From Trichoplax sp. H2 (Eukaryota), in NCBI GenBank assembly GCA_003344405.1, contig NOWV01000290.1, positions 1 to 62,959 of the forward strand: a stretch of 62,959 bases of DNA, given 5' to 3'. The notes below the pieces were generated by a model. The model saw nothing but the letters and a program-made list of their open reading frames with translations. It made no database searches and was not told the DNA's origin. The position numbers and the translations under genes were made by a program. Each line of letters opens with the position of its first letter. The stretch's first letter is position 1. Shown here piece by piece: positions 14,413 through 27,696 of the stretch.

Positions 14413-15443
14413 CGTTGCGATACTTGCCTAAAAAAGCTCAAATAAACTGTACGATGATGCTGCCAAGCAAGTAGTTAAATACTCTTACTCTACGTGCTGA
14501 ATGTGATCGTATTTCCTATACTGGGCCTATGTGTACAGTACATACAGCATTGTACAGTGTATATACTGTAAGAAATGTACTGTACACTGTAGACAGTACA
14601 GTACATGATACAGTCGGATACAGTACAATATACTGTATACCAGTGCACTGTACTGTAGTCTGGGGTGCAGTTCAGTTCTCAGAGCGTAGTGTATCGAGTC
14701 ATTCGAGTGTCGAGTATGCGACTATCGACTGTGATAAAAGAGTTCTTCAGCGCACGCCCAGTCGAGCACCAATGCATGGAAGACAGTGTACACCAGTCGT
14801 GTTTTGCATCAGGTGATTGGGCAAGTCCATAATGGCATTGGCCGTCGTGTTTACTGTTGGCCACACAACATTTGCAACATTTGCATTTTACGATCTGCTG
14901 GACGCTTTCCTCTGTCCAGCAGTTTTAGCATACCTGATGACAACCTCTGCATAACTCATGCAATAAGTTCATGCTTTACTGTAACCGCCATGCTGTAAGC
15001 ATGCCAACATGGACATTAAAAGAATGGCAAGCTCTTTACGTTGCATTTTCCGTTAACATCAATTTCAGTCTTATTCATGTGACAGCGTTAGTTTTATTCG
15101 CGATTCAACACATCAACGATTCTTTAGTACGTAGAAGAACATGTCTAGTATTTGTATATGATTACACAGTTACATTACATGAAAACTAACATATCCACTT
15201 ACTGTATAAGACGGTATATCGAGTTTGCTTAAAATTGTCAATCAACCATATAATGTTGTTTACAAAACGGATTGAAGAAAAGATAAAAAGATAAGATTGA
15301 ACTGACGTCATCTTGGCCTACAACTCAATTTCTCAATTCTAAATTAATTTTACGCTAACTGCTTGAAGCAAAAGGTAGCAAAAAGCAATAGCATACTACT
15401 GTTATACAGTCATCATAGCGTGCACAATTGATTCGTACAATAT

Positions 15444-16768
15444 TCAGTTGGCTTTTCCTTTGACAATGAGGGGTCCTACATTATCTTGCTCTTGTTCATT
15501 GTGATTATTATGACTTCCATCACAGTAAGGAAACTAGGATACGAGAACATAAATAGCAATTGCATGAATAATTAACAATTTTGCAATGAATAACCTATAC
15601 CGTTAAAAGTACATACTGTACAGTATATACAGATTACTGCAAATTAATTACCAGCTGTAAGTGAACTTTCTTAAAGCTTAGGGATAGCAAGAACAATGTT
15701 ATTGTTGACACCTTGCCATCAAGGAATGTCATCAGAACTAATCACTCAAATAAATATCTATAATATTGCATGCTTGATGTACTGTATTTATAATTAATCA
15801 ATGGAAGTGATCTAACGGTTTGCCAATGCTGTTTGTATATTTGTGCTCCATAAACTGTCATCGAAATGCACGTTCAATCGAACCTGTTGACAGCTGCAGT
15901 ACAGTACTGTATCGTTTTGCTAATATTATAACATGGTCAGATCACTATTTACTGTACGATCAGAAACACTTTGATCAAGCAACGCAAGATTAAACGTCGA
16001 ATGCCAAACCAATCCAATAGCATTTTGATCGTTGTCAAGACTAATCTAATCTATCTGTAGTGCCATCACGACTAGGCACATAGGAAGTACAGTACACTAT
16101 GGTTCTGTAGGTGGATAGAAATGATGTAGTTGTCCATACTACGGCTACTGAGCATGAAGAGATAAATATAAAAAAATTGTTTTACGGACTATTACCAACG
16201 AAAGAGTTGTGTTAGCAGAATCGAGCTAGCATTGATTCATTATAGTTCAGTTTCAACAAACTGGTTCATAGTAAAGTCTGCAGCTATGATGGTCATGCCG
16301 AATGAGTCATTTTCCATGTTTCAATATCGGAAAAGCAAGAAATGAACCGATTTTGCATTGAACGAATTGACATACTTGCTGGCAAGCTACACCCTTTGAC
16401 AGAAGTAGCACATGACACGGCACTATCTATCTCACCTTTTTCGATCTCCAACATCTGCAAAATACTAACTTCTCTCCGACATCCTCGATATCTACAGTAT
16501 GGACCACTTTCTTGCAGGTTTTATCGATGCATTTGTTGACACAGTTCGTGTCTTTAGCCTTAGGTGAAGGAGGTAACTCAACAGCTTTGGGCTGAAAAAA
16601 CTTATATGTACTATAACCAATCAGCCAGCTCACCACCGCAAAAGGGAAAACGACAGCGATAGCATCACTTGGACTTAGTTCTGCGAATCCACTTAAACTA
16701 GAAGGAACTGGAAGTTTTTGCAGATAGTTAGGCAGTTGAACTTTAATTAATTTGGCTATTGCTTCCAT
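15444..16768 (-). CDS. CISD2: CDGSH iron-sulfur domain protein (NAF-1/CISD2-like), 2 exons
   Basis: Exons 16768-16436 and 15533-15444 give MEAIAKLIKVQLPNYL, a TM segment, and FCRCWRSKK|FPYCDGSHNNHNEQEQDNVGPLIVKGKAN*. Confidence 0.95.
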
Positions 16769-17434
16769 TTTTCTCAATTTCACTGTGCTCCGTTGAGAGA
16801 AAATAACCTCTACGCTTTCGTGTCTCCTTGCTGCCTTGGTTCAGCACTTGCGGACTAATTGCGCAGTTTCCACACTGTCAGTCGATATAATATAATTATA
16901 ATTAATTAAAATAATAATAATTATTATACTGTATATGATCAGGGAACAATCACAACAATATCGACGGACGGACGTCGAATGAAGTCATACTGTACTGTGC
17001 CTTTTTTACGGTGGTCGTGGTTTTAGTGGTATGACTGCAGTGTACAATTGTACTGTACCTCATGCCTCGTTACTGTACTGTACCGTACCGTACCATACCG
17101 TACCGTACCATCAGTGTGACGTGAACTTTTGTGAAGCTGCGGTAGTTGACGAGTCCCAGACGATACCGTACCGCTGTAAGTCTGTCCGTCAGCAAGCAAG
17201 GAACATTGCTGTCAGTCTGTATGTCTGCACTACAACACTACAATGTACTGTACACTGCACAGCATCCATAGCGTATAGTATTACTGTGCAGATTTAGGTG
17301 ACCCATTCCAATTCATATTGAATCTTCTCGTCTGCCTTCAAGTCAGGTTCGGTTGGCTTGGACGTCTTTGGTCGTTGCTGCTTGTCTTGCTTTTACCTTT
17401 GCATCGACTGATCTACTTGTGAAGGAACGCCAAA
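16769..17434. promoter_or_regulatory. Divergent promoter region CISD2/PRPF31
   Basis: The start codons face apart with 666 bp between them; the region contains a (TACTG/TACCG)n pentamer run at ~17070-17110. Confidence 0.6.
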
Positions 17435-20400
17435 ATGTCGCTAGCTGATGAATTACTAGCTGATTTCGAAGACGCTGAAACCGAAGATGTAAATGATATT
17501 GTCGATGAAGACCAGTTGGAGGCAGAAAATGAGCGAAATGGTGACGATGTCATGGAAGTAGCCGATGGTGGAGGAGATGCAATAAACAACTCCGTTCGGG
17601 CAGTTGCCAAGCTACGCGATAGCAAGAATGTAGGAGACAGTACTATTAAGCTTCTTGCTTAATTACTATCATCATTGACGTTAGCAGTTAGCGATGATAT
17701 GAATTATGATGATCAAATGGATCAATGGATCTGTTGATTTGATATTTGCGACGTTAATGAGATTGAAAAATGGCTAACTTTGATCAACTTCTGCTATTAA
17801 TCTATACTGAACAGACGTATTCATTTATTCATTCTTTACAGCTGAATGATATCGTTAAAGATATTGATTATTACATCGAAAATCCAAGAGCGGAACAAGG
17901 TACAACATTGCAGACTCTTACAATGCATCTCAACACTCTTATTTTATAGGTGCTAAACTATCAAGTTAATTGTAGCCAAAAAATTGAATGTAAAATACTA
18001 TCACAGTCGATTCTCCACATTAGAAAGTTGCATTCATCTTTTTGTCTCTCTCTCCATGTACGTTAATGTACGTGTCGTATATGCTTCGCTACAAAAATAA
18101 TCAGTATGCAAGCTAAGAAAACGTTCCAATATCATTCATGGAATAGATTAAATTTGAATCATGATAGAGTGTAATATTCCTAGTGTAATATTCCTGATAA
18201 TACGTAGATCGTCACGTTGTCAGGAATTGAAACCAGTACCGATGTAACTACTATGCAATTGATTTTATCAATGAAACTTTACTTCTTTGTGTTATTGTAG
18301 TGCTTGGACCCGTGGAAGTAGACCCTGAATATTTATTAATCGTCAACGGCAATAATATGGCGGTAGAGATTGACAACGAAATTAGTAAGTGTTATGCAAC
18401 TTATTGCGCACATGCCTACCTTATTGTGGACTGTAATTTACTAGTCTAACAGAAATGGCAGTTTTGATATAGTGCTATATACCATCAGAGATCAGTTTTG
18501 ATTTGTTGAAATTTTATAAAATGTAAATGTAATTGTGTTGATATTAGTAGAAAAATTTTTTGAATCATGTGCTATTTAATGAATGAAGGTATTATACACA
18601 AGTATGTTCGTGATACCTACACTAAAAGATTCCCGGAACTAGAATCACTGATTGAATTTCCATTCGATTATATACGTACTGTGCAAAGATTGGGCAATGA
18701 ATTGAATGTCCCTCAGGTAGATCTGCTAGATGACTTAAATATATGCTATCTGCACAAGATGCTGTCTTATAATTTGAAATCACAATTGTAATTGAAATAA
18801 AAGAGTATGAAGTGAATAGCATGTAATGTTCTATGCTAGCATGACCATTGGGTGTACAATGCAATACTTGTAGAGACTAATGCCATTGACGACATGATTA
18901 ATAGTAGCATGGCCAATAATTTTAACCGATTGAAAAAATAAATCTGAACCATAAGAGTATATAGCTATAGAATGGTCCCATACCACCTCAATATACTTTT
19001 TCTCACCCCATTTTAGACTGATCTGAGTGACATTCTTATCCCAGCAAATGTCATGGTAGTCAGTGTTACAGCTTCGACAACGCAAGGTACCAAGTTAGAT
19101 GATGACGAACTGGAACGAGTTTTAGAAGCTTGTAAAGTTGCTATTGAATTAATGGATATAAAAATCAAAATTTTCCAATATGTTGAGTCTCGGATGTCTT
19201 TTATTGCTCCTAACCTTTCTGTTATTGCTGGAGCCTCTGTTGCTGCAAAGATAATGGGTAATTTGCACACTCGATAGCAGAAAATTTATACGATTCAACC
19301 GTTATTTTAAGTAAATCACCTAAAATTGTTATTGTGATTAGGTACGGCTGGTGGTCTAACTGCACTATCAAAGATGCCTGCTTGCAATATCATGGTATGC
19401 GGTATTGGATTATTGAAGCCCATATTGAATGCATTGATCTACTGAATCTTCTCTGCCTGCAATATTCGCCGATAAGATCAATATCAATGCCATAGCAAAT
19501 GACAATTCGCTATTGGTATTTCCATCTGAATTATATGATGGATTTTGAGGCGAATTGATGAATAGTCACTGCACTATGCTTTATTATACTTGTATTAGTT
19601 AATGGATGATCAAGAAAGAGACAAAACTCGTTCACTCTACTGTATATTTCTTATTGATGACAGGTTTTAGGATCGGTCAAGAAATCATTGTCTGGCTTTT
19701 CAACCTCTTCTATCATGCCACATACTGGAAATCTCTATTACAGTGATATAGTGCAAAATTCTCCACCGGTAGGTAGACGGTAGACACAACTTTAATCGAT
19801 GTTACCTATTTACTTCAATATTAACTGAAAAGTATGGAAGCAGACTACATTGCAGATTATCATTACAGGATCTCAGAAAGAAAGCAGCTCGGTTGGTGGC
19901 TGCAAAGTGCGCTCTAGCAGCACGTGTAGATAGCTTTCATGAAGCAGTCGATGGTAGCATAGGACAAAGTATTTATATATAACGAAGCCTTAAATTAGAA
20001 TAGCAGTCCTGATACAATATTCTAAACGGTCGTTGATATACTATAGATTTACGAGATGATATTGAAAAGAAACTTGACAAATTGCAAGAACCGCCGCCAT
20101 TGAAAAAAATTAAACCACTTATCGTTCCTGGTGAATATCGGAAAAAGAAACGAGGTGGTCGTCGCGTTCGAAAATTAAAGGAAAAAGCGGCTGTGACAGA
20201 ACTAAGGAAACAAGCTAATCGAATGACGTTTGGTCAGGTTAGATTTTGAATAAAGTAGTGGGTAAAATTAAAACAAGAGTGGTCATGGCTGTGCTATGCT
20301 TATACGAAAAGACAATGCGTAATTGGAGGTTACAAATTATTTTCCTGATTAGATCGAAGAAGATGCCTATCAAGGAGATTTGGGCTTTTCTCTTGGTCAG

Positions 20401-20682
20401 TTAGGGCAGTCTACAAGTGGAAAAGTGCGTGGAGCACCTGTAGATAAGAAAACCCAGGTATCTGTATCCAAAAAATTACAAAAGACACTACAACAGGATA
20501 ACCAAACGTATGGTGGCAGGTCGTCAGTTCGTGGTGCTACTTCAGGTACAGCTTCCAGTGTTGCTTTTACACCATTGCAAGGTCTAGAAATTGTTAATCC
20601 ATTGGCTGCTGAAAAGAAGGCGCAAGAAGCCAATGCCAAGTACTTTTCAGCAAATACCGGATTCCGATTCGTTAAGAAGTAG
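17435..20682 (+). CDS. PRPF31: U4/U6 snRNP protein Prp31 (10 exons)
   Basis: MSLADELLADFE start; NOSIC/Nop motifs KRFPELESL, YVESRMSFIAPNLS, GGLTALSKMPACN; C-terminal SGTASSVAFTPLQGLEIVNP. Exons 17435-17629, 17842-17899, 18301-18384, 18589-18716, 19017-19257, 19342-19394, 19664-19768, 19869-19968, 20047-20237, 20353-20682. Confidence 0.97.
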
Positions 20683-22885
20683 ATAATGATTACTGACTAG
20701 ATATATATTCTATTTCAAAACTCACGTACTGGTCAGTCCGCGATGACATTGTTTTGCATAGTTAGAGTTTATGTGCTGATAGCAACTTCTGTTAATCTAC
20801 TTGATATTATAAATATATATAGCATATATATCTGTTAAATTTGAAATGTTATCATCCTTTTCTTGTATTCGACTTTTGTCTTGTCATTATCTTCATGAAA
20901 TATGGCATGACTAAACTGTACAGTAACTACGATGATTCCAGCACTGGCTCTATTTTTACCGTGCCGTACTGAATAAATTGGTCACGTTTTATTTTGTCTG
21001 TTGTTATCCATGTATACGCGTATACCTTTGTAGATACTAGAGTCTATTACATAACCATGATTGTATGTCTACGACTTCGAATATATTTTCAGATACTTTT
21101 TGCTTTCTAAACTAATCTTACTAGTGCTTTGAAAGTATTAAGGCAATGACTTTAATACTGTTTCAATTCGATTTAAGAATGGAAAGAGCTCCAAGTGAAG
21201 AATTTACTAACAATAACTGGTGAATTCGGTTTATATTTAGCAAGGACATGCATCCTAGTCAGTATGCTTCAACGTTATGCTGTATTAGTATGGAATATGT
21301 ACGTACATCATAACTTATTCTCCTCCTTTTTTAAGTCTTTAAAATGCAGCAATAAATATTTGAGCTGCTACTTTTGCATCTAGCTGACATCGACAACTTG
21401 ATCGAGTTTCTAGTGACTACTTGCAGCATTATTGTATTTTTGAACAAGCTTGTGTAGAGTAGTTTATCCGTCAGAAAATCATATCTATAAACAAATTTCA
21501 TTACCAAGGATTTACGGTACTATTTCATTTCAGTACAGCATATTGAAATACGGTAGCGCAAGCTATACTGTATGTCATATCATTTTTGTACACTGGAGTA
21601 GAATGTCCCGCTTCGCAGGTAGCACCTTGTGGAAATGTAGTGTTCTTGTAGCCATTGAATTATATGTATGCTACTGCACTCTACTCTATTCAACATAACG
21701 GCACATGTACAGTCACAGTAACCTTACATATCATCATGCAACTTGATTTTATTCAGTTGCTGAAACAGAACAGTCATGATTTTTAGGTAAACCTGTCACT
21801 CATATGCTCGCATTATTCTGAGGATAACACCAATCGAAATGATAATTACTCATATACGCATATACGAACAGTATACGCCTATCGAATAGCTAGCTACCTT
21901 CTATGTTTAATTAAATAAATAAATTCAATTATACAGTATACAGTACATTAATGTTATATAAGTTTTACCGTAAAAATCTACAGATTACCTACTGTACTGT
22001 GCAATGTGTTGCGTTCTATACAGTGCCTGTGCAACGCGATCGACAGTATAGTAAAAATACATGTAGATACCGTACTGTGCTATGTTTGAAGCCGGCAACA
22101 AGAAGAATGATACTCAAAAACATTTAGCCGTGAAAGCGAAAGCAATAGTTTATTAGCTGTAAGTCATTTGAAATCGGAACAGCAATGTATAACATAAGAT
22201 ATAATAAAGCTACAATCGGTTACTTTAACACACCAGTATAGGGTTACTTGCTGTAAATAAGTAGCAACAAGTCCGACATCAACAAATTTGGTTAAATTTA
22301 TTTTACTTTTCAGTTAATAACGGAAGATTAGATTAATAACAATTGTGGCAAGACCGAGTCGTCCTGTACATAAATTTACATATGGCTATCATTACGCTAT
22401 ACGAGTATGAGTTTATGATAAAATTTTAAAAACGAGCAAGATAGAAAGTACTTTTTGTGCTGGATAAGTCGACAGTAGCACAGCTCTGTACTGTACTTAT
22501 ACCTAAACCTAGTAGATCACATTCTATGCGCCTATAACAATTGTTTTTATGGTAAAGCAGTAATCCGTCTTCTCAATATTGAAGATCATGGAACTGTAAT
22601 GAAGTATTGAGAAAATTGTTGCAGATATATCTGCATAGAGTAATCTAGTTCAATTTTAATTTATTGCATTTCAACTCAAGTTAAATAATTAATTAATAGT
22701 ACAATTCTACAAAGGTGAAATTTATTATAATTTCTCGATTGTATGATAAAGTAAAGTTTTAATTATAGACTGTACAGTACAGAAAGTACAAGAAAAAGGC
22801 AGTTAAGTCTAGCTAAAGACAGACAACCGGTCGTGATTATTTATTAATTACTAATAACAGACGGGACGGCGTTTACTATATAGCG

Positions 22886-23961
22886 TTAGCGGTCCATAGT
22901 GGAGGCATTCTTTTCGCGATTTTGTTTAATTTCACGAAGGAGGGACGCAAGGAAATGGATTTCGTTTTTCGTGGCTTCGATCTTTTGTTGAAGCTTCATG
23001 TTTTCTGTTTCTAATTCCTTCTCAATAGTAGATAGGCTAGATACTTCTTCTTTCTTCTTTAGTCTGTATTTCAAAGCGGCATTGTTGTTTTGCTGTCGTT
23101 TACGCTGTTGTTTGGCTGATGCCGGTAAATTATTCAGTCGTTTGCGTCTCGCATTTTTTTTGATTTTTGCTTGGACTTTTGATATTTTCAATGTAGATGA
23201 TTCTGGTTTTATTTCAGCACCTTCGTTGCGCGCATCAACAGGATATGGCGAAGAATCGAACGATGGATGCATAGGGCTGCAAGCAGTCGATGCAAAAGGG
23301 CTTGAAGCATTGGATGTAAAAGGACTTGAAGCATTGGATGTCAAAGGACTTGACTCTGTCGATTCAAAAGGGCTGGAAACAGATGATGAAAATTCAGAGG
23401 TGAATTCACCGTCTGTGGCATTTAAAAGATCTTGTTCAACATTGGCGTAAGTATTGTCGATGACATCGTAAGTAGCAATTAAATCTGGGATAGTATCATC
23501 GATCCATGAAGAAGAAGTAGTGTTGGTTGTTGTGTTGGTATCATTATAAGCTAAATAAAAGGGTAGAAACAAAATGGGAGCATTAGACCTTCAATCATGA
23601 CTTTTCTATTACTCAAGAAGTTTTTATTCAATCGTGAATCATTTTTTAATTTAACAACATTTTCAGTACGCTTATCTGTTGTTTTTTTATTCATTTTACC
23701 TTCTTGATCGAAAACGTGTTGCGATGCCGATAAGCCAAAAAGTTTATTAAGTTGAGTTTCACCTAGAGCATTGATATCAAAACGCCCATCATTTTCGCCT
23801 CCCTTTTCAGCTAAGGAAGCAATGACCGGTTGGTTAAAAGTGTTTGACCAAGCATTTTCGTTGCTAAAATCGTCTAGCAAATCGTTATCAAAAGGGAAAT
23901 CAAGAAGGTCAGCCCCGGATGAGACTATAGAAGGGTCCATATTCAGGTCGTATGATGCCAT
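22886..23961 (-). CDS. ATF4: ATF4/ATF5-family bZIP transcription factor (2 coding exons)
   Basis: Exons 23961-23700 and 23550-22886. bZIP KQQRKRQQNNNAALKYRLKKKEE...LETENMKLQQKIEATKNEIHFLASLLREI is ATF4-type, and the characteristic uORF leader lies upstream. Confidence 0.88.
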
Positions 23962-24191
23962 GATATAATAAGTGTGGGTAATTTAAAGTCGCAGGAGAAG
24001 TTGAATGGTAAAAGTGAGCAAAACTAAATAAGAAAGACAAACGAAAAAAAAATTAGACACGTTACCAATCAATTACTCAGCCTTTGGTGCGTCATTGAAA
24101 AAAAAGTCTACGACCGAATTGGCCATTTTCTTCACAGAAAAAAGACAACATAATGCTAGAAAGCAGTCATGACATGAGTTACTTACGCCAT
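23909..24191 (-). promoter_or_regulatory. ATF4 uORF2 (inhibitory, overlaps main ORF out of frame; spliced)
   Basis: cagcATGGC|gtaagt at 24191, intron 24186-24024 (acceptor ttcttatttag). It reads MAFAHFYHSTSPATLNYPHLLYHGIIRPEYGPFYSLIRG* and ends at 23909, 53 nt inside the ATF4 CDS. Confidence 0.85.
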
Positions 24192-24260
24192 GCTGGCTAG
24201 GTTAAGCAAGTAGAGTGGAAAAAAAACGGAGAAAATAGCTGTAAAAAAGCTAAAAAGCTT

Positions 24261-24281
24261 CTAGTCACGTCGAGTTGCCAT
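24261..24281 (-). promoter_or_regulatory. ATF4 uORF1 (MATRRD*)
   Basis: cagcATGGCAACTCGACGTGACTAG in strong Kozak context, 69 nt upstream of the uORF2 AUG. Confidence 0.8.
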
Positions 24282-25061
24282 GCTGTTAGGGTTACAAACT
24301 TGACAAATGGATACGCTCAAAAGAAATAGAATGACGTCGTGGCCAATGTTGCAGCCTGTATATACCGTAGGCCAGGGAGAAGAAGGGGTTTGACCGCGTT
24401 GAGTCCATGATGGTTTCTTGCCAGTACTTGGTACTGTATGACAAATGGAATAAACTGCAATAGTTACAGTGTACAGTACGAAGACGGTCGGTTGTTTCGC
24501 TTCAGTCGCTTCGACGACGGCTAAAAATAATAGAGGTCGTCGAGCAGGATTAACCGGATCTTGAAGAAAGGCATTGACTTGGTTAAGCATGATGCAACAA
24601 ACGTATGCGCAGACTCCGTCCTTTATTCTGTTCCGTTTATTGACCTATTTTCCTCTATAGTCGACAATGAGGTCCAATGGAGGTATGGTACCGACATTGG
24701 TACCGAGCGAGATTTGTCAAGGCAGCGGCGTTGAAAGAATGACTTTACTGTACAGAGTACAGTCAGTAAAAAAAGATGACCAAAGAAAAGAATTGTAAAA
24801 GAATGAAATTTCAAAATATCCAAAGAAGAGTAGACTGTATCCTGTACTATTCTATTGGGATTAGAATAGTATTTGGTCATCTTTTCTCAACCATAGGTCT
24901 TTCTCATTTTCATGACGTCACTGTCACAGGCAAAGTACAGTACATAGTACAGTACAGTACCGTACGATGCAAATAGGCGGCTGAAGTGCAGAATCGACTG
25001 ACGTAGCCTGACTGAATGGAGACGACGGTACAAAGTCCACTCAAACGCCCAAGTGTTCTCA

Positions 25062-25871
25062 AATTCCTCAATCAAATGGCGTCGTTCAAAGCATGAAATA
25101 TTTTCACTAAGAGTCCTAGAATTCCTCAATCAAATGGCGTTGTACAAAGCATGAAAGCAACATTCCTTGCGATTTGTCCAACAAATTGCAAGCTTGAAAT
25201 GGCTTGCAATGCTTTGTACGATATTTTCACTAAAAAAGAGTCCTAGAATTCGTCGATGAAATGGCGTTGTACGAAGCATGAAAACAACATTCCTTGCGAT
25301 TTGTCCAACAAATTGCAAGATTGAAACGGCTTGCATTGCTTTGTACGACATTTTCACTAAGAGTCCTAGAATTCCTCAATGAAATGGCGTCGTACAAAGC
25401 AGGAAAACAACATTCTTTCCAATTTGTTACAATTTCATCCAACAAATTGCAAGCTTGAAATGGCTTGCATTGCTTTGTACGATATTTTCACTAAGAGTCC
25501 TAGAATTCCTCAATCAAATGGCGTTGTACGAAGCATGAAAACAACATTCCTTGCGATTTGTCCAACAAATTGCAAGCTTGAAATGGCTTGCAATGCTCTG
25601 TACGATATTTTCACTAAGAGTCCTAGAATTCCTCAATGAAATGGCGTTGTACAAAGCAGGAAAACAACATTCTTTCCAATTTGTTACAATTTTATCCAAC
25701 AAATTGCAAGCTTGAAATGGCTTGCATTGCTTTGTACGATATTTTCACTAAGAGTCCTAGAATTCCTCAATGAAATGGCGTTGTACAAAGCATGAAAACA
25801 ACATGCTTTGCAATTTGTCCAACAAATTGCAAGATTGAAATGGCTTGCATTGCTATGTGCGACATTTTCAC
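25062..25871. repeat. Tandem array of 123/134 bp units (257 bp higher-order dimer), ~6.5 copies
   Basis: The AATTCCTCAAT anchor occurs at 25062, 25120, 25247 (variant), 25370, 25504, 25627 and 25761. Confidence 0.95.
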
Positions 25872-27227
25872 CTTAAAAGCAACATTGTACAGTATGTTGA
25901 AAACCAGTGTACTTGGACGATTAGGCACGACTGGAGTTGATGATGGTGTCGTAGTACTGGACAGTTACAGACTGCAACACTGTACAGTACATACTCTACT
26001 CTACCATGACAGCTAAATTAGTATTTTACATCAAAAGCTGAAAAGCTTTTATTCCAAAGTGCCATGAGGTGTTGTGTTGAAAGCGAAAACCCCACTACCA
26101 AGTACACCTGTCATGTCTATTAAATGTAATTACAGTTCATTAAAGGTTCCATTTCAATGTCTTGTCGACATTGAAATTCATTGTGAATTTGGTAGACTGT
26201 GAATAATGATCAAAATGATGATTATTATTCTAATTTTTATTATTATTGTCCTTGAAATGATCCTACTTCTACGTGGATTCCTATTCTTGGGCTGGTAGAC
26301 TTGGCAAATAGAAATGGTGTTTTGAGAACAGCAGCTCCATTGAAGCCTTGAAACAGTACAAACAGTACGATAGAATGCATTGCAATGCCAGTACCATGGA
26401 CAGTACAGTGTTGTAATGATTCAACTGTAGCATCTTTTCATCATGATTCAATATTGATTTAGAGATGCCTTTCATGCATAAAATAGTTTCTAGTCCTTTT
26501 CGATAATGGCATGTTTGCAATGATTGTAATGGCTTGCAAAACATGATTGGACGTTGTAGGCACATGTCAGTTTGTTGCATTTGTAGAATAGAGTATAATT
26601 GTAAAATGTACATATTACAGTACTACGCATATTACCCATGCACACTTATTTGCACAGCACTGTTGGAATGGAATAAATCAAATCAATCAATCAAACTTGA
26701 TCTCTAGTCATGTATTTAGTGTTGGATTACGAGTTTACTAAGTGCGCTAGTCCATGGTGTTGTATTAATTATTCTGTATCTACGCGTATCTACGTCCATT
26801 TATATCGTCGCGACTCGCGGATAAGCTCGAGAACTCGCTGACAGCAGGCTACTCAATTTGATATACACAGGATGTAGAGTACAGCATATTGTATGGGAGT
26901 ATGCAAATAGAAAAGCGTAGAACCTGATGGCTACCTTTAGCGACGGCCATCACTATGCCTTTAAACCGGTAATATTGAACTTATTTTACAGTAGTGTATT
27001 GCCCAATGTCAATCATTTCGCAATACGGTGTCTATTCGATTCGATCTGCGTGTCTCTAGCCTCTAGGTATACCAGTATATTATAATTATACTGTGCTGTA
27101 TGTCTTTTACAATCTCTCTTTGACAGCGCAATTATAAGGGAGACCGTTAGCAACGCAGCGGGGTTATTAAATGGCCTATTCCCAGTAGGCTGTCTCATTA
27201 TACTAGAAGACAGTGGGAGCTAGGCAT

Positions 27228-27696
27228 CTTGATCAATCCGTAGACATTGAATATCCAAGTTATTCAACTTCTTCTTTCCTTTCTACTATACTTCCAGCGA
27301 GGTATGGTATGTATTGCTCGATACCAATGAAGGCAGAGCATGCCAGGCTTCTTGATCAATCCGTAGACATTGAATATCCAAGTTATTCAACTTCTTCTTT
27401 CCTTTCTACTATACTTCCAGCGAGGTATGGTATGTATTGCTCGATACCAATGAAGGCACAGCATGCCAGGCTTCTTGATCAATCCGTAGACATTGAATAT
27501 CCAAGTTATTCAACTTCTTCTTTCCTTTCTACTATACTTCCAGCGAGGTATGGTATGTATTGCTCGATACCAATGAAGGCACAGCATGCCAGGCTTCTTG
27601 ATCAATCCGTAGACATTGAATATCCAAGTTATTCAATCTCATCTTTCCTTTCTACTATACTTCCAGCGAGGCATGGTATATATTGCTCGATACCAA
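27228..27696. repeat. Tandem repeat, 123 bp unit, ~3.8 copies
   Basis: CTTGATCAATCCGTAGAC at 27228, 27351, 27474 and 27597. Confidence 0.95.

Noticed and set aside
22998..23450. 150-aa plus-strand ORF
   Set aside because: Antisense shadow of the ATF4 exon.
24156..24186. Proximal acceptor for the ATF4 leader intron
   Set aside because: It would give a 31 nt intron, which is too short; the 24024 acceptor has a strong polypyrimidine tract.
25130..25702. Several 60-86 aa ORFs
   Set aside because: Translations of the 123/134 bp minisatellite.
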